Source of the DNA: Octopus sinensis
Lineage: Eukaryota
NCBI RefSeq assembly: GCF_006345805.1
Contig: NC_043009.1
Location: forward strand, 496,001-560,000
Direction of reading: 5' to 3'
Length of the DNA stretch: 64,000 nucleotides
The translations under genes were made by a program, and so were the position numbers. The number at the start of each line of letters is the position of its first letter. Within the stretch, counting starts at the first letter, position 1. Under the pieces are notes generated by a model. That model was not told the DNA's origin and searched no databases. It saw only the letters and a program-made list of their open reading frames with translations. Below, one piece after another: positions 53,770-64,000 of this stretch.

Positions 53770-54342
53770 CTTCTTCTCTATTAATATTATTATTATCATT
53801 ATTATTATTATTATTATATCATTATTATATTATTATTATATATTATTATTATTATTATCATTATTATTATTATTATTATCATTATTATTATTATATTATT
53901 TTATTATCATTATTATTATTTATTATTATTCATTATTATTATTATTATATTATCATTATTATTATTTATTATATTATTATTATTATTATCATTATTATAT
54001 TATTATTATTATCATTATTATTATTATTATTATTAATTATTATTATTATTATTATTATCATTATATTATTATTATTATTATCATTATTATTATTATTATT
54101 ATTATCATTATTATTATTATTATTATCATTATTATTATATTATTATTATCATTATTATTATATTATTATTCATTATTATTATTATATTATTATATTATTA
54201 GTATTATTTATTATTATCATTATATTATTATTATTATTATTATTCTTATTATTATCATATTATTATTATTATTTATCATTATTATTATTATTATTATTAT
54301 CATATTATTATTATTATTATTATCATTATTATTATTATTATT

Positions 54343-54375
<33 letters not shown>

Positions 54376-54599
54376 TATTATTATTATTATTATCATTATT
54401 ATTATTATTATTATATCATTATTATTATTATTATATTATTATTATTATTATTTATTATTATCATTATTATTATTATTTATTATCATTATTATTATTATTA
54501 TTATTATCATTATTATTATTATTATTATTATTTATTATTATATTATTATTAGTATTATTTATTATTATTATTATTATCATTATATTATTATTATTATTA

Positions 54600-54635
<36 letters not shown>

Positions 54636-54938
54636 TATCATTATTATATTATATTATTATCATTATTATTATTATTATTATATTATTAGTATTATTATTA
54701 TTATATTATATTATTATATTATTATTTATTATTATTATTATTCTTATTATTATTATATTATTATTTATTATTATATTATTATTATATTATTATCATTATA
54801 TTATTATTATTATTATTAATAATAATATTATTATTATCATTATTATTATTATTATTATTATCATTATTATTATTATTATTATATTATTATTATTATTATT
54901 ATTATTATGATTATTATTATTATATTATTATTATCATT
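53770..54938. repeat. About 1.2-kb degenerate (ATT/ATC)n array
   Basis: Direct reading. Confidence 0.95.
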
Positions 54939-55415
54939 GAGTGAGAGAGTAGTGCATGCCATCAAAGTGACACGGGGATAAAATATACAAAGCCCAGTCT
55001 ACCCATCTGATAAGTGTACACCAGGCACATGCATCACAACCATACGTGCGCGACATGGTGATCTCATATGAAGATAAACAGCGCATGGGGCCCAGTTAGA
55101 ATTTTCTTCTGGTTGAGTAGCCCATCCCGCTCAAAAGGTCACTGAATAAGGATTGTCTAACGATGTTGAACGAACCAGCCATGTTTTCAAAGGTGAATCA
55201 TCCAAACCTCTAAGAATTCCTTTCAACAAACGGCTATGATGCTCCCTGACTACTTCTGCTTGTGATCAGAGATACACATATCGTCAGCCACTAAGGGACA
55301 TGCTCAACTAGTTAAGGTCAAACTACTGACAAGCAAATCTGTGGTATTGAGCAGAATATTTGGTGTAGCCCATCTTTTATACCAAGACAAAACATTTACA
55401 TTATAACACCTCCAC
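54939..55415 (-). mobile_element. About 480-bp (ATT)n-embedded element, copy 2
   Basis: Homologous to 49125-49615. Confidence 0.75.
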
Positions 55416-55441
55416 TCAGTTAAGATCGTACTGCATCAGGG

Positions 55442-55525
<84 letters not shown>

Positions 55526-55790
55526 TACTAAGGCGAACTGACAAAACCGTTGACACGTTAGACAGAACGTTTTGCGCAATTCGTCCGTCTTTACCGTCTC
55601 AGTTCAAGTTCCGACGAGTTCGACTTTTTCATCGTTTCAGGGTCGAAATTTCAGACCTTGAGCCTGTAGTAGAAAGGATTATTATTATTATTATTGTTGT
55701 TGTTGTTGTTGTTGTTTTTGTTGTTTTTGTTGATTTTGTTGTTTTTGTTGTTGTTGTTGTTGTTGCTGCTGTTGTTATTATTATTATTAT

Positions 55791-55831
<41 letters not shown>

Positions 55832-55832
55832 C

Positions 55833-55903
<71 letters not shown>

Positions 55904-56052
55904 TATCATCATTATTATCATTATAATCATTATTATTATCATTATTATCATTATTATTATCATTATTACCATTATTAGTATTATTATCATTATTATTATT
56001 ATTATTATCATTATTATTATTATTATCATTATTATCATATTATTATATTATT

Positions 56053-56102
<50 letters not shown>

Positions 56103-56161
56103 CATTATTATCATTATTATTGTCATTATTATCATTATTATCATTATTATTATCATTATTA

Positions 56162-56223
<62 letters not shown>

Positions 56224-56225
<2 letters not shown>

Positions 56226-56430
56226 GGGCAGTGAGTTGGCAGAATCGATACCGAACAGAATTCTTTGTGGAATGTCTTCTGATTTGTTGCATTCTGGGTT
56301 TAAATTCCACCGAGATTGACTTCGCTTGTCATCTTTTCTGGGTCGATAAGATAAGTACCAGTCGAGTACAGTGGGGATCGATATAATTGACTAGCCCTCT
56401 TCGCTCCCAAAATTATAGCCCTTGTGCCTA
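56224..56430 (+). mobile_element. SINE family B copy
   Basis: AAGGGCAGTGAGTTGGCAGAATCGATA...GGGTTTAAATTCCACCGAG. Confidence 0.72.
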
Positions 56431-56529
56431 TAGTAGAAAGATTCTTTATAATTAATTGACACTGGAAATTATTAATCGCTTATTTATGAACAATCTGGTT
56501 CAAACGTTTTGATCAAATACCATTTACCG

Positions 56530-56800
56530 ACATTGAGAAGTCAAGCTCTGGTTAGAATGTCGCTGGAAATAATCACAAGGCCGATCCTTGATGCCGAGCC
56601 AACCTGCTGGAAACCCAAGGGTAGACTAAGAACGAGATGATTTTATAATAGCCATAAGCTCCGTTGGTTTATGCTTGAAGATCAAGTCGGAAAGTTTAAT
56701 GATGGTTCTTTTTGATAGAACCCAATGGAGGAGCTGTCTGAGGACTTTACGCCCTCGACCCTCACAGGAACAACGGACAGAGAAGATTAAGGATTGATGG
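56530..56800 (+). mobile_element. RTE-clade LINE 3' end, decayed
   Basis: ILDAEPTCWKPKGRLRTR...DRTQWRSCLRTLRPRPSQEQR, resembling the RTE GRPRTRW C-terminus. Confidence 0.6.
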
Positions 56801-57483
56801 CTGGAACAAGACAGCAATTTTGAGAGGATGCGCAGGGGTCAGTCGTTTTCATCAACTTTGGCACTGAACTGGTACTTTGGTTATTCGCTACCAGAATGAT
56901 GAAACGCAAGATTGACTTCCCTTGGAATTTGATCACAGAAGGTAAAAAGCCTGAAGCAATACGGTAAAGAAATATATTTGTTCTCCGATGCTCTTACGAT
57001 CCTGCCTACTTGCGTTGCCTAGTAACGCTCATAATTGAAATACTATAGTAACTTTTAGTGGGAAATGATATCAGTCTTATGAGAGTTCTTGTTGAGTGGT
57101 ACGTTTCTATGCTAAGGTATCATAGTGTATTCGTAGTGTTCAGTTCCAATGCGCAAGCGCCCCGTGCTTATTTGACAAACGTCGGCTTCTATGGGCATGT
57201 TCTGTTCGTGTCTCTGTAGCTTAACGAGTCGGGATACATTTCTAGAGGTTATAGCTGTAAACCGAGTAAATTCTTGCTCATACTTACAGGTGAAAGGAAG
57301 AATTATAACCATGATACACTTCTACCAGAGGGGTTTATTAATTTGTGATTTGGCGCAGAAGGGCAAATATACTGACACACAAACACACGCATACAAAATT
57401 ACAAGCTTGCATACATACATACATACGTACGTACATACATACATACATACATACGTACGTACATAGATACATACATACATACA

Positions 57484-57517
<34 letters not shown>

Positions 57518-57929
57518 CCTATATCACATACATACATGCATGCATGCATGCATACATATATACGTACATACATACACGCATGCATACATACATGCATACA
57601 GGCATGCATACATACACACACAAACGCGCATGCATACATGCAAATATAAATGCAAGCATGCACATAGCATATAATAAGATCCACATTCAAGCCTGCACAT
57701 ACGCATGCATGTATGTATACGCTAACTTTTAGGTATTCACATGTATACACTTGCTTCTATGCGCGCATGCATACACATGCATAAATTCATGTAAAAGGAT
57801 CAGTGGAGCGATCGTGGTAAAGTTCCCTTCGTTAGTCTCTGATATAAACACAGGTTGTATAGAAAATACCGATGACTTGATAATTGACCAATATAATTTA
57901 TCAATCAATCCATCAAATACAAGTCGCTC

Positions 57930-58110
57930 CATATGGAGATTAGACAGAAATTCCAGATTAGAAGAAAAATGCTATACAACTCCAGTTTGAAAGAAGAACA
58001 AACAAAAGAAAAATAGTTATAATGCGATAGTGAAATCTGTAGTTAAACAGAACAGAAGAGATAGTCGTGTACTACAAGTGTTTGGAAAATCATTTGCAAC
58101 TGATGAAAGT
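57930..58110 (+). mobile_element. RTE-like RT C-terminal remnant
   Basis: MEIRQKFQI...TKENSYNAIVKSVV. Confidence 0.4.
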
Positions 58111-58242
58111 ATTCACTGGACAGCTACAAAACACTCGTAATGTTACACCAGATGCACCCGATGTGCTTTTGAAAGAGCTGTACTACTTAACTACCTCACC
58201 ATCCCTTTTGTTTACACACACACACACACATATATACATACA

Positions 58243-58278
<36 letters not shown>

Positions 58279-58299
58279 TATTATATATCACCGTAATCA

Positions 58300-58560
58300 C
58301 CGTGACTGACCACGCTATCAGATACTGCTACACATCGCTGGTCACAATGCGCTTCGCATTGATTTAGCCTTCAAATGACGCCATCCCGCTGGCTAAGCGA
58401 GCAGGCCAACAAAAGAAAGAGAGAAAGTTGTGGTGAAAGAGTACAGCAGGGATCGCCCCCCCCCGTCGGAACCTCGTGGAGCTTTAGGTGTTTTCGCTCA
58501 ATAAACACTCACAACTTCCGGTCTGGGAATCGAGTCCACTGCCCTAACCACTGGGCCATC
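58300..58560 (-). mobile_element. SINE family C copy
   Basis: Reverse complement of 20690-20985. Confidence 0.8.
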
Positions 58561-58924
58561 ATATATGGATGAAAACAGTTGGATTCGATCTTCTTGGAAC
58601 TCTGAGTTTCAGGCGTGTCGCTAGTCTCCGGCCATTAAGACTGAATGAGAGTTCGACTGAAGAAAGTCAATGTTTACTAGTGGACATTAGCCTGCGATTG
58701 GTGAAGAAATGTCACGTGGTGCTGCAGTTTGATGTTGATATTTCAGCGACAACAATTACTTGGAAAACACCGCATAGTGAACAGGAAATTGGAAGCTGGT
58801 ACAAGGGAGGTATGTCCGGGTAGTCGGCAACCAGTAGCTTGAAATTTACTCGAAGGGTGTACCTCTGGTGGCAGCAATACGATACCTCATTTTTTGTTGA
58901 TGATCAAGTATAGCCTGGGGTCAC

Positions 58925-59023
58925 CCAGAGCATTGAGAGTGGATTTGGTAGATGGAAACTGAAAGAAGCCTTGTGCGTTTGTATGTATGTGTGTGTGTGT
59001 GTATAATGGTGTGTTTGTATGTT

Positions 59024-59086
<63 letters not shown>

Positions 59087-59305
59087 TGTGTATCTTTGTT
59101 TGTGTCTATGTTTGTCCACCGCCATCACCGCTTGGCATTGGTGAATTTACTTCCTCGTAACTTCGCAGTTCGGCAAAAGACACGGATAGAATTTGTCCCA
59201 GGCTTTAAAAAGATTATAACCTAAACACTGGGGTCCATTTGTTACACTAAACACTTCAAGCTGGTGTCCTAGCATGGCAGCAGTCTAATGACTGAAAAAA
59301 GGTTC
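58925..59305 (+). mobile_element. SINE family A copy lacking its head
   Basis: GAGTGGATTTGGTAGATGGAAACTGAAAGAAGCC...GTTCGGCAAAAGAC. Confidence 0.7.
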
Positions 59306-59404
59306 TTAAAAAATCAAAGCTGTGTATTGATATAGATACAAGCATGCACAACACACGCACACATACACACACACAAACACGCGCACAAACACACACACTC
59401 ACAA

Positions 59405-59475
<71 letters not shown>

Positions 59476-60117
59476 CACACGCACACACTCACGTACACAC
59501 ATGCACATCCGTGAGCACACTTGTTACGGAAAGTTCTTTTGCCTTGTCAACTTTCCCAGAACTGACATGTTAACTGGTGTGTGACACGGATTGTCGTCTA
59601 GTTTCAGGTGGAAATACGAAATTTCGTCTCCCGCTATGCCGCATAGGGGGAGATCGCATGATATAATTGAACGATTGGCCCTTTACACAGTAGCAGCAGC
59701 AGCAGCAGCAGCAGTAGCAGTAGCAGTAGCAGTAGTAGTAGTAGTAGTAGCAGCAGCTGCAGCCGCTGAATCTTCACTTCGGCTCCCCTTACAGAATCTG
59801 TAGACCTAGATTTGTTGAGGTTATCGGTGGGGAGAATGTAATACATCTGATGCTGTTGACTGGAGCTGGTTGTCGAGTTGGTGGTGGTGGTGGCGTAGGT
59901 GGGGGTAATCCTGGTGACAGAGGAAGGGGGTTATGGTAACGATGAGTGGGCGTGGGTGAGGAGATGAAGCTGGATTTTATAGTAAAACTGGTGATGGTGT
60001 CGCTGTTATTTAGTAATAATGGTAGTGATGGTGATGATGAAACGTCGATGATGATGATGATGCTAATGATACGGAGAATTAGTAGAGGAGGAGGTCGAAT
60101 GTGGTACGTATACACAG

Positions 60118-60159
<42 letters not shown>

Positions 60160-60177
<18 letters not shown>

Positions 60178-60972
60178 TGTACTACCTACCTACTCTACAT
60201 GTATATATACATGCATATATAGGTACAGGACACCAAAAAAACGTCGACACAATGAGAAACGGAAACATAAACACAAAAACAGGAACTGGACATTTTTCTT
60301 AACAACAAAAAAATAGAGTACAGGACAAATAACCAAGGACAATTCCCCTTCTTCAGTCGCCATGGTTTCATCTACTCTGCGTTTCGAAGGTGAAGGCGAT
60401 ACGCATCTTCGATAGAAACTTTCCTTCCTGCGAAAAGCAAATCAAATAAAATTTGAGATCTTTTTGCAGAGGGGTAAAAATGGTAACAAAAACAGGACAG
60501 TAACGACAGTACAAAATATAAACAGTAAAAGACAGGACAAGGAGAATAACAAGACAAGAAGGGCTGTTAAGCCGAACGAAAAAAAGTATTACGAACGCTA
60601 TTTTTGAGGACAGCGAAGATTTTGTACTGTCGTTACTGTCCTGTTTTTGTTACCATTTTTACCCCTCTGCAAAAAGATCTCAAATTTTATTTAATTTGCT
60701 TTTCGCAGGAAGGAAAGTTTCTATCGAAGATGCGTATCGCCTTCACCTTCGAAACGCAGAGTAGATGAAACCATGGCGACTGAAGAAGGGGAATTGTCCT
60801 TGTGTTATTTGTCCTGTACTCTATTTTTTTGTTGTTTAAGAAAAATGTCCAGTTCCTTGTTTTTGTGTTTATGTTTCCGTTTCTCATTGTGTTCGACGTT
60901 TTTTTGGTGTCCTGTACCCATATATGCGTGTATTTATACATGTAGAAGTAGGTACGTACATATATGTATATA
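60160..60972. repeat. Long inverted repeat: arms about 350 bp (60160-60517 and 60619-60972), spacer about 100 bp
   Basis: GACAGTACAAAAT / ATTTTGTACTGTC inner junctions; arms near identical and include the flanking TA-rich sequence. Confidence 0.93.
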
Positions 60973-61043
60973 TATGCATATGTTTTATTTATTAATATAT
61001 TATATGACGGAACGCACGCATCCTTTTCTAAGTAAGATTGTTC

Positions 61044-61077
<34 letters not shown>

Positions 61078-61293
61078 TCAATTTAGGGTAGCAAAAACAT
61101 TCAATAGAAATTTATCGCTACCAGCGGCCTGGTGGAAAAGAGAAAATAGTCATCGACTAAATATATAAATATAACAATTTAGGAGTGACCCTAACAGGTC
61201 ACTCGTCCACCAGAAAGAGCAGCCATAACTCACACCGCCAAGTAGTATAATTCAGAAATAGGTGAAAATTTAGAACATTTACCCTAATTCATC

Positions 61294-61395
61294 TTTTAGA
61301 CGTTGCAACGTTTCTGTGTCATTAATGATTAAATTAGCTTAATTAAATTAAATTAAGCTAATCTACTACATATAGGTTACACTTCATCAGTAAAA
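61294..61395 (-). ncRNA. Type I hammerhead ribozyme, unit 1
   Basis: UUUUA-CUGAUGA-helix II domain-GAAA-CGUUGCAACG-UC-UAAAA; small insertion in the helix II domain. Confidence 0.8.
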
Positions 61396-61770
61396 AACCT
61401 GGGAGAGACAAATATACACGAGGCGTCTGTATCGATGCCTACAGAATATCTGTCTTAAAATTTTCAAGACTGACGTATTCGCGCCAAACTTATCAGCAGT
61501 AAATATAAACTGCCGATTCAATCTCAGAATTATTCAGAAAATTATCAATTAGTCAATTTAGGGTAGCAAAAAAATTCAATAGAAATTTATCGCTACAAGC
61601 GGCCTGGTGGAAAAGAGAAAATAGTCATCGACTAAATATATAAATATAACAATTTAGGAGTGACCCTAACAGGTCACTCGTCCACCAGAAAGAGCAGCCA
61701 TAACTCACACCGCCAAGTAGTAGTAATTCAGAATTAGGTGAAAATTTAAAAACATTTACCCTAATTCATC

Positions 61771-61868
61771 TTTTAGACGTTGCAACGTTTCTGTGTCATT
61801 AATGATTAAATTAGCTTAATTAAATTAAATTAAGCTAATCTACCATAGGTTACACTTCATCAGTAAAA
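61771..61868 (-). ncRNA. Type I hammerhead ribozyme, unit 2
   Basis: Core CUGAUGA at 61863-61857, GAAA at 61791-61788, GUC cleavage predicted between 61776 and 61775. Confidence 0.83.
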
Positions 61869-62244
61869 ACCTGGGAGAGACAAATATACACGAGGCGTCT
61901 GTATCGATGCCTACAGAATATCTGTCTTAAAATTTTCAAGACTGACGTATTCGCGCCAAACTTATCAGCAGTAAATATAAACTGCCGATTCAATCTCAGA
62001 ATTATTCAGAAAATTATCAATTAGTCAATTTAGGGTAGCAAAAAAATTCAATAGAAATTTATCGCTACCAGCGGCCTGGTGGAAAAGAGAAAATAGTCAT
62101 CGACTAAATATATAATATAAAATTTAGGAGTGACCCTAACAGGTCACTCGTCCACCAGAAAGAGCAGCCATAACTCACACACGCCGCCAGTAGTAGTAAT
62201 TCAGAAATTAGGTGAAAATTTAAAAACATTTACCCTAATTCATC

Positions 62245-62342
62245 TTTTAGACGTTGCAACGTTTCTGTGTCATTAATGATTAAATTAGCTTAATTAAATT
62301 AAATTAAGCTAATCTACCATAGGTTACACTTCATCAGTAAAA
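62245..62342 (-). ncRNA. Type I hammerhead ribozyme, unit 3
   Basis: Same motif as unit 2. Confidence 0.83.
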
Positions 62343-62722
62343 AACCTGGGAGAGACAAATATACACGAGGCGTCTGTATCGATGCCTACAGAATATCTGT
62401 CTTAAAATTTTCAAGACTGACGTATTCGCGCCAAACTTATCAGCAGTAAATATAAACTGCCGATTCAATCTCAGAATTATTCAGAAAATTATCAATAGTC
62501 AATTATGGTAGCAAAAAAATTCAATAGAAATTTATCGCTACCAGCGGCCTGGTGGAAAAGAGAAAATAGTCATCGACTAATATATAAATATATAACAATT
62601 TAGGAGTGACCCTAACAGGTCACTCGTCCACCAAAAGCAGCCATAACTCACAACTCACAGCCACGTAAGTAGTAGTAATCAGAAATTAGGTGAAAATTTA
62701 AAAACATTTACCCTAATTCATC

Positions 62723-62820
62723 TTTTAGACGTTGCAACGTTTCTGTGTCATTAATGATTAAATTAGCTTAATTAAATTAAATTAAGCTAATCTACCATAG
62801 GTTACACTTCATCAGTAAAA
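62723..62820 (-). ncRNA. Type I hammerhead ribozyme, unit 4
   Basis: Same motif as unit 2. Confidence 0.83.
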
Positions 62821-63199
62821 ACCTGGGAGAGACAAATATACACGAGGCGTCTGTATCGATGCCTACAGAATATCTGTCTTAAAATTTTCAAGACTGACGT
62901 ATTCGCGCCAAACTTATCAGCAGTAAATATAAACTGCCGATTCAATCTCAGAATTATTCAGAAAATTATCAATTAGTCAATTTAGGGTAGCAAAAAAATT
63001 CAATAGAAATTTATCGCTACCAGCGGCCTGGTGGAAAAGAGAAAATAGTCATCGACTAAATATATAAATATAACAATTTAGGAGTGACCCTAACAGGTCA
63101 CTCGTCCACCAGAAAGAGCAGCCATAACTAACTCACACCGCCAAGTAGTAGTAATTCAGAAATTAGGTGAAAATTTAAAAACATTTACCCTAATTCATC

Positions 63200-63296
63200 T
63201 TTTAGACGTTGCAACGTTTCTGTGTCATTAATGATTAAATTAGCTTAATTAAATTAAATTAAGCTAATCTACCATAGGTACACTTCATCAGTAAAA
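63200..63296 (-). ncRNA. Type I hammerhead ribozyme, unit 5
   Basis: Same motif as unit 2, with a 1-nt deletion in the helix II internal loop. Confidence 0.8.
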
Positions 63297-63676
63297 AACC
63301 TGGGAGAGACAAATATACACGAGGCGTCTGTATCGATGCCTACAGAATATCTGTCTAAAATTTTCAAGACTGACGTATTCGCGCCAAACTTATCAGCAGT
63401 AAATATAAACTGCCGATTCAATCTCAGAATTATTCAGAAAATTATCAATTAGTCAATTTAGGGTAGCAAAAAAATTCAATAGAAATTTATCGCTACCAGC
63501 GGCCTGGTGGAAAAGAGAAAATAGTCATCGACTAATATATAAATATAACAATTTAGGAGTGACCCTAACAGGTCACTCGTCCACCAGAAAGAGCACAGCC
63601 ATAACTACATAACACCGCCAAGTAGTAGTAATTCAGAAATTAGGTGAAAATTTAAAAACATTTACCCTAATTCATC

Positions 63677-63779
63677 TTTTAGACGTTGCAACGTTTCTCT
63701 GTGTCATTAATGATTAAATTAGCTTAATTAATTAAATTAAATTAACTAATCTACCATAGGTTACACTTCATCAGTAAAA
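63677..63779 (-). ncRNA. Type I hammerhead ribozyme, unit 6
   Basis: Core intact; a 2-nt insertion between helix II and GAAA and indels in the long hairpin (may be sequence error). Confidence 0.65.
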
Positions 63780-64000
63780 AACCTGGGAGAGACAAATATA
63801 CACGAGGCGTCTGTATCGATGCCTACAGAATATCTGTCTTAAAATTTTCAAGACTGACGTATTCGCGCCAAACTTATCAGCAGTAATATAAACTGCCGAT
63901 TCAATCTCAGAATTATTCAGAAAATATCAATTAGTCAATTTAGGGTAGCAAAAAAATTCAATAGAAATTTATCGCTACCAGCGGCCTGGTGGAAAAGAGA

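Larger units (their letters stand above)
61073..64000 (-). repeat. Head-to-tail array of about 477-bp hammerhead-containing units (candidate retrozyme or ribozyme satellite); 6 full units plus a partial 7th, running off the window
   Basis: Unit starts near 61073, 61548, 62020, 62495, 62972, 63448 and 63930; ribozyme-to-ribozyme spacings 477, 474, 478, 477, 477. Confidence 0.95.

Noticed and set aside
61925-61975. Second hammerhead-like core on the minus strand of each unit (CUGAUAA...GAAA)
   Set aside because: G8 is missing and I could not build compatible helices I and III with a UH site; GAAA lies within an ordinary GUCUU/AAGAC hairpin.
61073-64000. CRISPR array or rDNA/5S/tRNA gene cluster as an explanation for the tandem array
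   Set aside because: No unique spacers (whole units repeat), the context is eukaryotic, and no rRNA, 5S or tRNA cloverleaf sequence is recognisable.

Overview
Eukaryotic, AT-rich, repeat-dense genomic DNA. The microsatellite load and SINE families suggest a coleoid cephalopod, probably Octopus (inference, not verified). Most six-frame ORFs are microsatellite artefacts. Supported content: (i) a four-coding-exon minus-strand gene (about 10.4-24.9 kb) for a 102-aa secreted or membrane-anchored Cys-rich protein, assembled from phase-compatible GT-AG exons; (ii) many decayed transposons (Tx1/L1, R4/Dong, CR1, RTE, Penelope, Tc1, mariner, maT DD37D, pogo/Tigger and hAT MITEs, Helitrons, at least four tRNA-type SINE families); (iii) three long fold-back palindromes or inverted repeats; (iv) several Penelope-type minimal hammerhead ribozymes. 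The headline feature is a head-to-tail array of about 477-bp units from 61073 to the window end (6 full units plus a partial 7th). Every full unit carries a minus-strand type I hammerhead ribozyme (CUGAUGA...GAAA, palindromic helix III, GUC cleavage site) within a hairpin-rich monomer, making it a candidate retrozyme or ribozyme-bearing satellite that could yield ~477-nt linear and circular RNAs. Many repeat boundaries are approximate (within tens of bp).
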